53,750 nt of DNA, from positions 1 through 53,750 of the forward strand of contig JARQWU010000040.1 of NCBI GenBank assembly GCA_040182905.1. Reading direction: 5' to 3'. The stretch is from Barthelona sp. PAP020. Lineage: Eukaryota. A program made the translations under genes and the position numbers. This document shows positions 41,102 through 51,032 of the stretch, piece after piece. Under the pieces are notes generated by a model. That model was not told the origin of the DNA and did no database searches. It saw only the letters and a program-made list of their open reading frames with translations. The number at the start of each line of letters is the position of its first letter. Positions within the stretch are counted from its first letter, which is position 1.

Positions 41102-44100
41102 TTAATTATCTAAAGATATGTCATATTCTTGTAGAAGATTCGCATCATTGAAATTGATGGAATCAATGGAAGTTCTGACATCTAAATTATTATCCAATTT
41201 TGAATTGAATATATCTTTGTCATCTGATGATTCATCACCAGGCTGATACTCTTCAAAATCAGCTACTTTTAAACTATTATCAGGATCAACAGAGATTGTG
41301 TCAAAAATCTCAGATATTTCATCCGAAAAACTGTCTCTAAACTTTTCAATTGTTGGTGTTTTCGTTTGTTTGCTCTTGTTTATCATTACAGATGATTTTT
41401 GATCATTTTCAAACACATTTTCAACATCACAGTCAGCGTCGATAATTTTCCCTTTTGATCTGTTGATTCGTAAGTTAGGTGAGGATATTTCATCGACTTC
41501 TAAAGGAGGAGGAGGAGGAATTCCATCAATCAATTCTTTCGAGTTCAAATCATCAGTTGCATTTATGTCACTGGATTTTCGCTCCAGCTCTTCCTTCAAA
41601 GTGTTAATCACCTGTTCATCTTTAATCCTTTGTACTGACAACATTTCAATTTGCCGTTCCAACGATTCAATATGTCCTCTGTATTTTTTTTGAAATTCTG
41701 CACTTATCAGCTGTCCATCCATTTGGTTTGGATTTGCACTTGATACACGAGTTGATTGTTGACTATCAAATTTTTCAACAAGTTTTTTTCTTTTGTCAGT
41801 CTCTTTCTCCAATTCATTTGATAAGTAAGTAATTTTTTCTGCCAAATTTTTAATTTGTTGTCTTGCTCTGGCTTGAAGAGCCAATTGAGATTGTTGAGAC
41901 TCTTTCAATTTTGTTTCGTATTGTTCAATGATATTCTCCTGATATTTCATTGCTTTAGTAGCTCTTTCAAGCTGTTCATTCAATTGTAGATTTTCCATCT
42001 TCTTTATATTTTGCAAATTTGCATATTCTTGCTGTAATTCAATATATTTCTTTTCAATGATATTCTTGGTAATGGAGATATTGTTAAAATTCATCTGTAA
42101 GGTCTTTAGTCTGGTAAATTCTGAAAATAATGCTTCATACGATGAATAAACTTTTCCATAGACGTTCAAGACATCTTCTTTTGACATTTTAGAAGTTGCT
42201 AACTCTTCCAATTTGGGTATTGACATCAATAATCCCGATTCCTTTTCCATAGCAGTGTATTTTTCCAGATCTGCTTCCATTTTCATTCTTCTTTCCTTTT
42301 CATGTTCATATGACTCTTCACTATGCTTCAATTGTTGTGTTAATCCATCTAATTCGGTTAATAATTCATGAATTCTCTCTTCATATGGTAATTCACGTTC
42401 TTCTTGGTCTGATTGCAGAGACATGAATAACCTTGAGATAGATTCTGGGTTTAATGAGACAGAAATAGTTTCTCCTTTGATAATTGGACCTAAATCATCA
42501 ACACTTGTCTCCAACGTATGTTGAAGCTCAAAAGTAGAAATGTCAGTATTGGGAAAATCAGTAGTACGGGAAGAGTCAAGAACTGTATTGTTATTTAAAG
42601 AATCTAACATTTGATATCCTAATTTACCATCTGAATCAAAAGAAGTGAGGTCATCCAAAGGTACTATTGAAGAAATAGATAAGTTGCTTGACATGTGATT
42701 TTGGGGAGAAACATTAAAAGATTTTTCAGTAGTATTGTTGGATGCCATTGTTGTTTGAGGCCTGGAAGTTTTAAGAACTGAAGTCGATCTGGAACTGAGA
42801 GGATTCGTTGAAGAAACATTGCTTTGTAAATATTTCAGCCAATTGCTTCCAGTTTTCAATTTAATTTTTGCAGCAACAGAAATTTCACTAAATTGAGTTG
42901 ACTTTGCCCAAACCCCCACAGGTTTAACCGCCAATTTTGGTAAAGGTATTTCAATACCAGTCGATTGTTCAAGTAACTGAATATTACTGAAGTTTTGCAA
43001 AGAAATGTGTGAAACACCCGCTAAAAAGTATCCCATATTTTCAGAATTCATTTCAGTATCTTCACGTCGATAATACCAGCCAATCCAAACAACAGAGTTA
43101 TTATCAACAACGTTTGAAGGTGCTACAAATACGAAACGTTGACGAAACTTACTGTTAGACAATCTAACAGTTTGTCCAATCTGATGGTAATTTTGAAACG
43201 ACGTTTTATGTTCATCATTGAGTAATTGAAAATTCTCAAAAGTCGGATCTATCTCATCAAAGGGCAATTCTGGCCTTGGAACAGAACTTATACTACCAAT
43301 ATGTAAACAAGCCACAACAGTACCAGGCATAGAAGGTGCATTATTTAGGGAATACAAATGAATTTCTAATCTGTTCAAGGTTGAATCCTGTTCAAAAACT
43401 TGAATTTCAGATTGTGCAGTTTCAACAAGGGTCAAAGAACAAAAAAGTTTTGTGGAATATTGTCCAACAACAGAATCTAAGGGTATTGCCAGGTTCAGTT
43501 GATGACCATGAATCAAGCCAGATATGGGTATTGTTGTTTTGGCAAGCAATTTCTTTGTATTAGGACTCACTAATCCAATGAAAAGATCATTTGCTTGACT
43601 GCCTCCCAATTCTTCAACAGGAACGAATAAATTCATGTTAAACGATGGTTCCCTTCCTTCAACCAACCGAGTTGTGGCACTGCCTCGTTGTTTTAATCGC
43701 ATTTCATGTGTCGATTTCAATGTTACAAATGATACAGGAGGATTGGTTTCACCATGAACATTTGAGGCGCCAAACACAAATACTCTCACAGTCCGAAAGT
43801 CGTTTGAATCAGGTAAGGATTTTCGATATGTATTCGGTTGTCTACTAGAGGAAGCAGAAACTGGAACAGGCACAGGCAATGAACCATTAATAATTTGAAC
43901 ATTTACAGATAATTCACCAACAACTTTAGTATTTGTGGAACTTGCACGGAAAAGATTTATAGTTCTTGTAATACTTTTTTCTCTTTGAAGGTCATTTAAT
44001 GAATTTTTAAGATTTAAAGAAGTTGATCCATAAGGTCTGGCAGTTCCAGTGGTTTTTTGTGAATTAGAATCAGAACTTCCTCTTAAAACAACAAAAGCTT

Positions 44101-44323
44101 CAATAATTAATATCGGTTCTTCAATATTTGAATTGAATTCAAATGAAAAACAATTCTTTGCAAAAATTGGATGATTAGAACTTTCTTTGTTGACTTCTGT
44201 CCTGAATTTATTTATTTCCGTTCCTCCTAACAATTGAACTCCTAAAAAAAAATTATATGGCTTTGGAAATCGACAATCAGATAATACAATCTGCAGATAT
44301 TTTGGAGTATTACCCATGTTCAT
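41102..44323 (-). CDS. C2-domain + coiled-coil protein, CCDC33-like
   Basis: N-terminal C2-like domains (KFRTEV...PIF..N.F.F; VRVFVFGASN) and C-terminal coiled coil including KYQENIIEQYE. Confidence 0.65.
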   Translation of the reverse strand: MNMGNTPKYLQIVLSDCRFPKPYNFFLGVQLLGGTEINKFRTEVNKESSNHPIFAKNCFSFEFNSNIEEPILIIEAFVVLRGSSDSNSQKTTGTARPYGSTSLNLKNSLNDLQREKSITRTINLFRASSTNTKVVGELSVNVQIINGSLPVPVPVSASSSRQPNTYRKSLPDSNDFRTVRVFVFGASNVHGETNPPVSFVTLKSTHEMRLKQRGSATTRLVEGREPSFNMNLFVPVEELGGSQANDLFIGLVSPNTKKLLAKTTIPISGLIHGHQLNLAIPLDSVVGQYSTKLFCSLTLVETAQSEIQVFEQDSTLNRLEIHLYSLNNAPSMPGTVVACLHIGSISSVPRPELPFDEIDPTFENFQLLNDEHKTSFQNYHQIGQTVRLSNSKFRQRFVFVAPSNVVDNNSVVWIGWYYRREDTEMNSENMGYFLAGVSHISLQNFSNIQLLEQSTGIEIPLPKLAVKPVGVWAKSTQFSEISVAAKIKLKTGSNWLKYLQSNVSSTNPLSSRSTSVLKTSRPQTTMASNNTTEKSFNVSPQNHMSSNLSISSIVPLDDLTSFDSDGKLGYQMLDSLNNNTVLDSSRTTDFPNTDISTFELQHTLETSVDDLGPIIKGETISVSLNPESISRLFMSLQSDQEERELPYEERIHELLTELDGLTQQLKHSEESYEHEKERRMKMEADLEKYTAMEKESGLLMSIPKLEELATSKMSKEDVLNVYGKVYSSYEALFSEFTRLKTLQMNFNNISITKNIIEKKYIELQQEYANLQNIKKMENLQLNEQLERATKAMKYQENIIEQYETKLKESQQSQLALQARARQQIKNLAEKITYLSNELEKETDKRKKLVEKFDSQQSTRVSSANPNQMDGQLISAEFQKKYRGHIESLERQIEMLSVQRIKDEQVINTLKEELERKSSDINATDDLNSKELIDGIPPPPPLEVDEISSPNLRINRSKGKIIDADCDVENVFENDQKSSVMINKSKQTKTPTIEKFRDSFSDEISEIFDTISVDPDNSLKVADFEEYQPGDESSDDKDIFNSKLDNNLDVRTSIDSINFNDANLLQEYDISLDN

Positions 44324-44441
44324 AAATTAGAAGGAAAGAATTTCCTTAATTAAATAAAAAAAATAAAATGTAAAGATTTTACAAACATTTTCATAAAGAA
44401 CACATGTATAACCCACAAAAAGGACAGTAGTTAAGATACAA

Positions 44442-44634
44442 GCATTACTCGGAGACTTCAACAAAAGTCGAAAAAACATCAGATAAAACCTCAAACATAG
44501 AGATAACGTCAACAAGAACAATTCTTTACTTCAAGAATACTGAATTTAATCCTTTAGGTCGCTTTTTTTTTTTTAGGCGTCGAACATCCCAAAATCTTCG
44601 TCATCGAAAAACTTCTAACTATACCACACCCAAC
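44442..44634 (+). pseudogene. Possible decayed EEP (APE-type) endonuclease fragment, non-LTR retrotransposon-like
   Basis: ALLGDFNKSRKNIR*NLKHRDNVNKNNSLLQEY* in one frame, resembling GDFN...N.NG.LL.(E/F) spacing; contains stop codons. Confidence 0.25.
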
Positions 44635-44706
44635 GTAATAGGTTAATTTAAAAAAATAAAAGTCTTTAAAATATGAAATTTTTTTTTACATTCTTTCTTT
44701 GAAAAC

Positions 44707-45837
44707 ATGAGTAACGATTACAGACCAATTGTTATAGATAATGGATCAGGACAAATAAAAGCCGGTTCTAGTAATGAATTAATGCCAACATGCACATTTT
44801 CTTCAGTTGTTGGAAGACCAAGAGTTACAATTGAAAAACTGGGTGAAACAGTGACTGGAAATGATACTTTATATGTAGGAGATAGAGCTTTACACTCTTC
44901 GGGAATTTTAAAAATTTCACGTCCAATTGAAAAAGGAGTAATTACGAATTGGGAAGAAATGCAAGCTATCTGGAGATATACGTTTGATAATCAACTTAGA
45001 ATTGATCCGAAATATTGTAAAATTTTATTGACTGAGACTCCAAGCAATGAACATTCAAATAGACAAAAAATGTTTGAAGTTATGTTTGAAGAATTTCAGG
45101 TTGAGGCCAGTTTTGTACAAACACAGGCTCTTTTGGCTTTATTTGCTGAAGGTTTGGTTACTGGCTGTGTTTTTGATTGTGGTGATGGAATTTCACACAC
45201 TATACCTATTTATGAAGGATTTATTTTAAAACAAGCGATAATGAGACTAGATATTGCAGGGAACACAATTTCTCATTATCTGACTCAACTGCTTGAACAA
45301 GAAAATATCACCAATGTGTCTGAATTAGATGTTAAACGAATGAAGGAGCAATTGGGTTATATTGCACTGGATTATGATGAAGAAATCAAAAAAGCTCAAA
45401 ACACCTCCGAAATCAAGAGTGATTTTGAATTACCTGATGGATCAATGGTTACCTTGAACAAATCCAGATTTAGTTGTTCAGAAATATTGTTTAAGCCTCA
45501 GTTAGTCAACATTGAGGATGTTGGTGTTCATGAGCAGATTTCTAACAGCATTCGTAAAACTGAATATGATATTAGACCTAATTTATACAGCAATATTGTA
45601 TTGGCTGGTGGTAGTACGATGTTTAAAAATTTGGAAACAAGATTGGAAAGGGAAATCACAAATTTAGCACCTGCCAGTGTGAAAATACATGTTCAAGCAC
45701 CAAGAGATCGAAAATTTAGTGTTTGGACAGGAGGAGCTATAATGTCTTCATTACAAGCATTTGTAAGATCTTGGATTACACGTCAAGAATATGAGGAATC
45801 AGGTCCTTCTGTGATTCTTACAAAATGCCATAATTAA
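44707..45837 (+). CDS. Divergent actin / actin-related protein
   Basis: IDNGSG..KAG, VGRPR, LLTE.P.N, DCGDG.SH, ELPDG, NIVLAGGSTMF and RKFSVW.GG. Actin length (376 aa) but many substitutions relative to conventional actin. Confidence 0.92.
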   Translation: MSNDYRPIVIDNGSGQIKAGSSNELMPTCTFSSVVGRPRVTIEKLGETVTGNDTLYVGDRALHSSGILKISRPIEKGVITNWEEMQAIWRYTFDNQLRIDPKYCKILLTETPSNEHSNRQKMFEVMFEEFQVEASFVQTQALLALFAEGLVTGCVFDCGDGISHTIPIYEGFILKQAIMRLDIAGNTISHYLTQLLEQENITNVSELDVKRMKEQLGYIALDYDEEIKKAQNTSEIKSDFELPDGSMVTLNKSRFSCSEILFKPQLVNIEDVGVHEQISNSIRKTEYDIRPNLYSNIVLAGGSTMFKNLETRLEREITNLAPASVKIHVQAPRDRKFSVWTGGAIMSSLQAFVRSWITRQEYEESGPSVILTKCHN

Positions 45838-45906
45838 ATATTGAATTACCGGCATTAAAAAGTGTAAAGTTTCATTTATTTTTTTTAATATTTTCTTCTT
45901 TTAATT

Positions 45907-46698
45907 ATGAGTGATTTTGTGAAATTAAGATTAAAATCGACCGATTATGAACAATTATTGCAATTTTTAGACCAAACAAATGGTCTTTTGAATTTGACCT
46001 TAACGTTAAATGAACAATTAGAGTTAAGAAATTTTGAAGAAATTTCAACCAATAATGATGATGAAATTAATAAAAAAAAGTTAGATAGTGAAGAAATTAA
46101 AATTTTATTTGAAACAACAAATGAACAATTGAAAAACATGACAAATAATTTAAAATATATCGAAACTGTTATAAATAAGGATAGTGTTATTTTTGATATG
46201 GATGAAATTCAGCAAAGAGAAGTTCAATCAATGAAAGATTGTATTATTGATTTAAAAACACAAAATTCTGAATTGGATAACAGTAAAACTGTTGAACAAA
46301 CTCGTAATATGTTGTTATCTGCTAAAATTGAGAGTTTGAACGACGATATTCAAAATTATCACAAAGAACTAGCCAAAGCTAAACATTACGTGAAGACATT
46401 ATTGACCGAAGAAAATCAAAAAACCCATTTTGGTAATATAAACAAGAAACTAATTGAACAAGATGAATTGATTCAAGAGCTTGATGAGGAAATACTGAAA
46501 AATGAGGAAATGATCGAATCATTGAATGAAAAAATTAATTCTCTTGAAGAACATGAAGTGTTCATGAAAAAGGAAATTAGAAATTTGAAGTTAGACCATT
46601 CAAAACACTTAAAAATAATGAAAGAAGATTTTGAAACTGCTTTATCAGATAAAAATAGAATAATAATTGAATTAGAACGTGATTTAAACAATCTATAA
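45907..46698 (+). CDS. Hypothetical coiled-coil protein
   Basis: 263-aa E/K/L-rich ORF with heptad pattern. Confidence 0.75.
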   Translation: MSDFVKLRLKSTDYEQLLQFLDQTNGLLNLTLTLNEQLELRNFEEISTNNDDEINKKKLDSEEIKILFETTNEQLKNMTNNLKYIETVINKDSVIFDMDEIQQREVQSMKDCIIDLKTQNSELDNSKTVEQTRNMLLSAKIESLNDDIQNYHKELAKAKHYVKTLLTEENQKTHFGNINKKLIEQDELIQELDEEILKNEEMIESLNEKINSLEEHEVFMKKEIRNLKLDHSKHLKIMKEDFETALSDKNRIIIELERDLNNL

Positions 46699-46790
46699 GC
46701 AGCAACATATTTTTGATTTGTAAAAAGCTCAATTTTTTTTTTTATTTTTTTAAATTCGTAAGGGATGAAAGAACCTTTTTAGAGGTTTGA

Positions 46791-47129
46791 TTACCCAAAA
46801 GTAGCTTCTAATGACACAATTAAATGTAAATACCCGTCATTTCTATTTTTATAGGTTGAATGATAATATCCGATTGTTTTATTCGTCATGCACAACATTT
46901 TCTTGTCTTTTATTAATAAAAATAAACTTTTACTTGAATTGATTTTCAGAAATTTCTTAAGATAATGTAACATCTCTATTATTAAAGTATTTGGCCTGCA
47001 AAATAAATCAACAATATTTTGTTTGCTCTCATAATCTATGAAAAACAGAACACCAACAAGATTTTCATCAAAAGTGTTTCTCAAATATGACAATTTTTCT
47101 ATTTTTCGTTCTAAATCATATTTGCTCAT
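46791..47129 (-). CDS. Divergent ATG8-family ubiquitin-like protein
   Basis: SLFLLI, YK..DGYLHL and terminal EATFG align with ATG8 AIFIF...HKDEDGFLY...ENTFG. Confidence 0.8.
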   Translation of the reverse strand: MSKYDLERKIEKLSYLRNTFDENLVGVLFFIDYESKQNIVDLFCRPNTLIIEMLHYLKKFLKINSSKSLFLLIKDKKMLCMTNKTIGYYHSTYKNRNDGYLHLIVSLEATFG

Positions 47130-47385
47130 ATTAGTTTGTCAATAGTTTTATTTGGGTTTAATATTGGAACTTTTTTTGAAAAAAGGTTGGTATTTGAGGA
47201 AAACCCTCTTTTAGATAAAAAATCTATTTGAGTGAAAATTTGTAATTTTTGAACAAATAATATGTTTTCCGAACATAGAAACCATGAAGAAAACGAATAT
47301 TAAATTTATATTCTGTTTGAAAATTACAAACAATAATTTTTGAATAATTTGGATAGAATATACCTCAATTGTAAAAGCATATTAA

Positions 47386-48201
47386 ATGATTGAAAAACGT
47401 GTCGGATTTATTGGTGGAGGTAATATGGCTTCAGCAATATTAAATGGGATGAATAACACTGGTTTTGATATGAATACAGTTTCAGTTTTTGATATTTCTG
47501 TTGAAGCTTTGAATCAAGCAAAACAAATGGGCTGCAATATTCATAAAGATTGTAGTTTGGCGCCAACTCTTTGTGATGTCATTGTTTTAGCAGTTAAACC
47601 TCAAATTTTGTCTATCATTATGGATTCGATTGCTGATAAATTAACTTCGAATCATCTAGTCATTTCAATATTAGCTGGAACTTCAGTGGAAAAAGTACAA
47701 TCCTTTTGCTCAACCAAACTTCGTATTGTTAGAACTATGCCCAACACTCCAATGAGTATCGGTGAAGGGATGATTGGAATCTATTTCAATGATGAATGTT
47801 TGGAGGAAGACAAAGAAATCCCTTTGAAAATTCTTGGATGTTCTGGTAAAATTGTTGTTGTTGATGACGAAAGTAAGATGGATTCTATCACTGCAATTTC
47901 TGGCAGTGGTCCTGCTTATTTCATGCTTTTTTGTGAAGCTATGATTGAATCAGCTGTTTCTTTAGGTTTTTCTGAAGAAGAAGCGATTTTGTTGGTTTCA
48001 CAAACTGCAAAAGGTTCAATTAATTATTTAAATAGCAAGGAAGGTTTTCCAGCTGCATCTTTACGAAAACAAGTTACCAGTAAGGGTGGAACAACTGAAG
48101 CGGCTTTAAATGTATTCAATTCAAATGATTTGAAAGGAACGGTTTTAAATGCAGTTGAAGCAGCTCGTTTTAGGGGAGAGCAATTGAACCGAATTAATTA
48201 A
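47386..48201 (+). CDS. proC: Pyrroline-5-carboxylate reductase
   Basis: GFIGGGNMA, LAVKPQ, ISILAG, VRTMPNTP, TAISGSGPAY and VTSKGGTT. Confidence 0.96.
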   Translation: MIEKRVGFIGGGNMASAILNGMNNTGFDMNTVSVFDISVEALNQAKQMGCNIHKDCSLAPTLCDVIVLAVKPQILSIIMDSIADKLTSNHLVISILAGTSVEKVQSFCSTKLRIVRTMPNTPMSIGEGMIGIYFNDECLEEDKEIPLKILGCSGKIVVVDDESKMDSITAISGSGPAYFMLFCEAMIESAVSLGFSEEEAILLVSQTAKGSINYLNSKEGFPAASLRKQVTSKGGTTEAALNVFNSNDLKGTVLNAVEAARFRGEQLNRIN

Positions 48202-48204
48202 TGG

Positions 48205-48210
48205 TGTAAA
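48205..48210 (+). promoter_or_regulatory. TGTAAA hexamer 4 nt after the proC stop, candidate polyadenylation signal (representative)
   Basis: Same recurrent 3' motif. Confidence 0.5.
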
Positions 48211-48320
48211 TACAACTTTTTTTTCTTGATTTCAATGAAATGATGGCCTCTTCAAGGTATGGCTATGAAAAGGAATAAAAAGAAGAGCGCATCAAATTTA
48301 CAAAAATTTATTCACACATG

Positions 48321-50378
48321 TCAATTAGATTTTCCACTGTGTTTGGGATACTTAGTTTTCTTCCTGTTTTCTTGCATTAAATTCATGGCTTCAGTCATTT
48401 GAGGCAACTGTTGTTTAACCATTCGGTTTAGAGCATCTTCTAAGCGCAATTGATTACTTGCATCAATCATTGATTCAGTAATATATCTAAATTCATCTCT
48501 GCTCAAAAAATTACTATTGTTAACATCAGCCGAATCAAACAAAGATTTAGGTGTTTGACCGGGGAAAGCTCTAGCGAACACCTTTTTATGTTTGTCACAA
48601 TAATCTTTGAATTCTTTCCAAGAAATACGACTATCATTGTCAGTATCTACAGCTCCAAAACTGATTAAAGGATTAGGCTTGTTGTCAATTTGTTCAAATC
48701 CCAAAACATTCAAAAATGATCTTTTTGTCTCACTCAATCCAAGTAATAATTCATTTTGTTCTTCTTCAACGGCAACATCTTCTCTTACTTGTGAAAAAGT
48801 ATCATTAATAATGGCCAAAAACATGTTTAATAGTACAAATTGTCCCAAGAACATGAACATTACAAAAAACAAAGGTCCTAAGAATCGATTGGTTTGCCAC
48901 AAAGATTGATAATCATAGTCTCCCAATAACATTCTAAATAGAGATATTGCACTTTCAGATTGACTTCTAAATTCAAACATATCAACACCAAATGCCAAAA
49001 ATCCAGCGTTAGCAAAACCAAAGAAAATAATTGCAAAAATAACAACAAAATACACAATGTCTACCGAAGCCAATCTAAGAACTCGCATCAACACGTCCAA
49101 ATGCTTGGAAACCGATAAAAATCTGAAAGTTCTTAAAGCTAATACAAAATGCATAACTGCCATCACATTCAATTGTTGATTAATCGCAAAACCAGCTCCT
49201 TGAAAGTTAATATAGATCCAGCCATTTTCTGGTTCAAAACTACTTCGATCTTCTCCTATTTGCTTAGTGACTGATTGATCAACCACGTATCTTAAATAGA
49301 TCATTACAGCAACAATAGCATAGAGAACAATGTCTAAAAGATTCCAAGCAGATGCTTTGAAATAACTGGAAATTCCTCTTTTAACAACAAGAATCAAATC
49401 ATAAACAAAATACAAGCCAATCCAAAGAAAACAAATGTACATCAAATATTTTGCTAAAACGTCACTACTTGTCAATCCATCAAATAATTTGAGTGCACGT
49501 ACCGTAGCTGAGGGGAAAACTCCTGCTGAAGGAGGCATTTCAAATAAAATACGTACAACACCAAAAAGATTCAAATTAGCATTGTATACAGTAAAATCAA
49601 TGAATAAGGCTCGAGTAGCAGCATCAATCCACGAATTATCAAATAAATATTGTGAGAGATTCTTAGCCATTGTATGATCAGGCGGTAAATCAACAATATA
49701 TCCACTGCCAGGATAACTACCATGTCTTCCCATAAAGGTGAATCCTCCCAAGTCGTCCTGAGAATGCCAAATCCATGGATTTTTGGTACAGTATGGAATA
49801 GTCTCATTGCTAACAAATGAAGCATTATAATCTCCAAACACAGAGGAAAATTCGTTTGAAGTTGAAAAGTCGCCATAACAATGTTCAATGGAATTCTTAA
49901 ATATATCAGGAATGCTACATGAATCATTCCTCACACGTATTTGCCGTAATCTGACACCACCTACAATACGATCAAAATTATAAATATAGGAATTCTTCTC
50001 TGAACTAGGTTTTTCCTTTTCATTATAATATGTGTCAACATACAAACCATTCACTAAAGGTCCTTTCATAAATTGCCACATCTCTTCAATTGTTTGAACA
50101 TCTTCAAATGTTTTTTTAATATGTGTGAACTCTGAAGGATATTCTTCCCATAAAAACATATCTTTCAAAGCATTTGCAAAATGAAAAGATGGAGCAGCTT
50201 GCCTTTGCATATTAGTAGCTATGGTGAATACTATTATTAATATTATTTGAAGAATTAATCCAGACAATATTTGAACTGGACTCAATCCCATCTTATTCGA
50301 AGATTTTAACTGCTCATTTTCGGTAACTATTTCGGGATAAACAGTTAAAGTTGGAAGTGGTGTTTCTCTTTCCACCAT
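48321..50378 (-). CDS. PKD2: Polycystin-2 (TRPP) cation channel with C-terminal EF-hands
   Basis: TOP domain (RLRQIRVRNDSC, YPGSGY, WIDAATRALFIDFTVYNANLNLF), 6 TM, pore LGDYDY, LLNMFLAIINDT and EF-hand loops DTDNDSRISWKE and DVNNSNFLSRDE. Confidence 0.93.
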   Translation of the reverse strand: MVERETPLPTLTVYPEIVTENEQLKSSNKMGLSPVQILSGLILQIILIIVFTIATNMQRQAAPSFHFANALKDMFLWEEYPSEFTHIKKTFEDVQTIEEMWQFMKGPLVNGLYVDTYYNEKEKPSSEKNSYIYNFDRIVGGVRLRQIRVRNDSCSIPDIFKNSIEHCYGDFSTSNEFSSVFGDYNASFVSNETIPYCTKNPWIWHSQDDLGGFTFMGRHGSYPGSGYIVDLPPDHTMAKNLSQYLFDNSWIDAATRALFIDFTVYNANLNLFGVVRILFEMPPSAGVFPSATVRALKLFDGLTSSDVLAKYLMYICFLWIGLYFVYDLILVVKRGISSYFKASAWNLLDIVLYAIVAVMIYLRYVVDQSVTKQIGEDRSSFEPENGWIYINFQGAGFAINQQLNVMAVMHFVLALRTFRFLSVSKHLDVLMRVLRLASVDIVYFVVIFAIIFFGFANAGFLAFGVDMFEFRSQSESAISLFRMLLGDYDYQSLWQTNRFLGPLFFVMFMFLGQFVLLNMFLAIINDTFSQVREDVAVEEEQNELLLGLSETKRSFLNVLGFEQIDNKPNPLISFGAVDTDNDSRISWKEFKDYCDKHKKVFARAFPGQTPKSLFDSADVNNSNFLSRDEFRYITESMIDASNQLRLEDALNRMVKQQLPQMTEAMNLMQENRKKTKYPKHSGKSN

Positions 50379-50605
50379 ATTGTGTAAAAAACAAAAATAA
50401 TTTATTAATAGTTTTTCACTTTTGCAAAAAAAAACTCAAAAATTAAACTCATTTTACACATTATCTTTGTTGAAAACAAAAGAAAATCGAACAACAGATT
50501 GAAAAAACATGGAAATTAAAATTATCATAAAAAGAAGAATACTCCAATTGTAATGAAAAGTAGTGATAATATATGGTCTTCATTAATTTGCGTTGGGTCT
50601 TTGTT

Positions 50606-50953
50606 TCAAGAAAGATATTTCTTTAATTCTTTTTGTTTCATTAGCAATTCAATAGTTTTTGAAGTATATCCTTTATCTTGCAACTCTTTTTTATGTCTTA
50701 ATAGAACTACATCTTCATAAGGGGCTGAAGAAGGTTCTTCCTCTTTTTTGAAAGGAATTTGTCTTTTTATTTTCAACGAATCATAAAATTTAAAAATATA
50801 TTCATTCTTAGGAGGTACTATTGAAGGAATTCTTTGACGACGTCTGTGCATATCTTCAACTTTACATATTGGTGGGATAATTTCTCGTTCCTTAAGTTTT
50901 TTTCTGTACCATTTTATTTCATCTTGGTTTGGACAGACTAAATTCAAATTCAT
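50606..50953 (-). CDS. Small basic hypothetical protein
   Basis: 115-aa ATG ORF with coding-like composition; no family recognised. Confidence 0.6.
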   Translation of the reverse strand: MNLNLVCPNQDEIKWYRKKLKEREIIPPICKVEDMHRRRQRIPSIVPPKNEYIFKFYDSLKIKRQIPFKKEEEPSSAPYEDVVLLRHKKELQDKGYTSKTIELLMKQKELKKYLS

Positions 50954-51032
50954 TTTTTGATGATGTAAAAAAAAAAAATTCAGAAAAATTTACAATCAAC
51001 AAATTGTCGCGTTCAAAAAAAAAAGTGCAATA

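Noticed and set aside
44573..44632. Minus-strand A-box/B-box-like stretch, also readable as DDEDFGMFDA* (ribosomal P-protein-like tail)
   Set aside because: Too short for a tRNA, with no arms, and the peptide frame has a stop just upstream.
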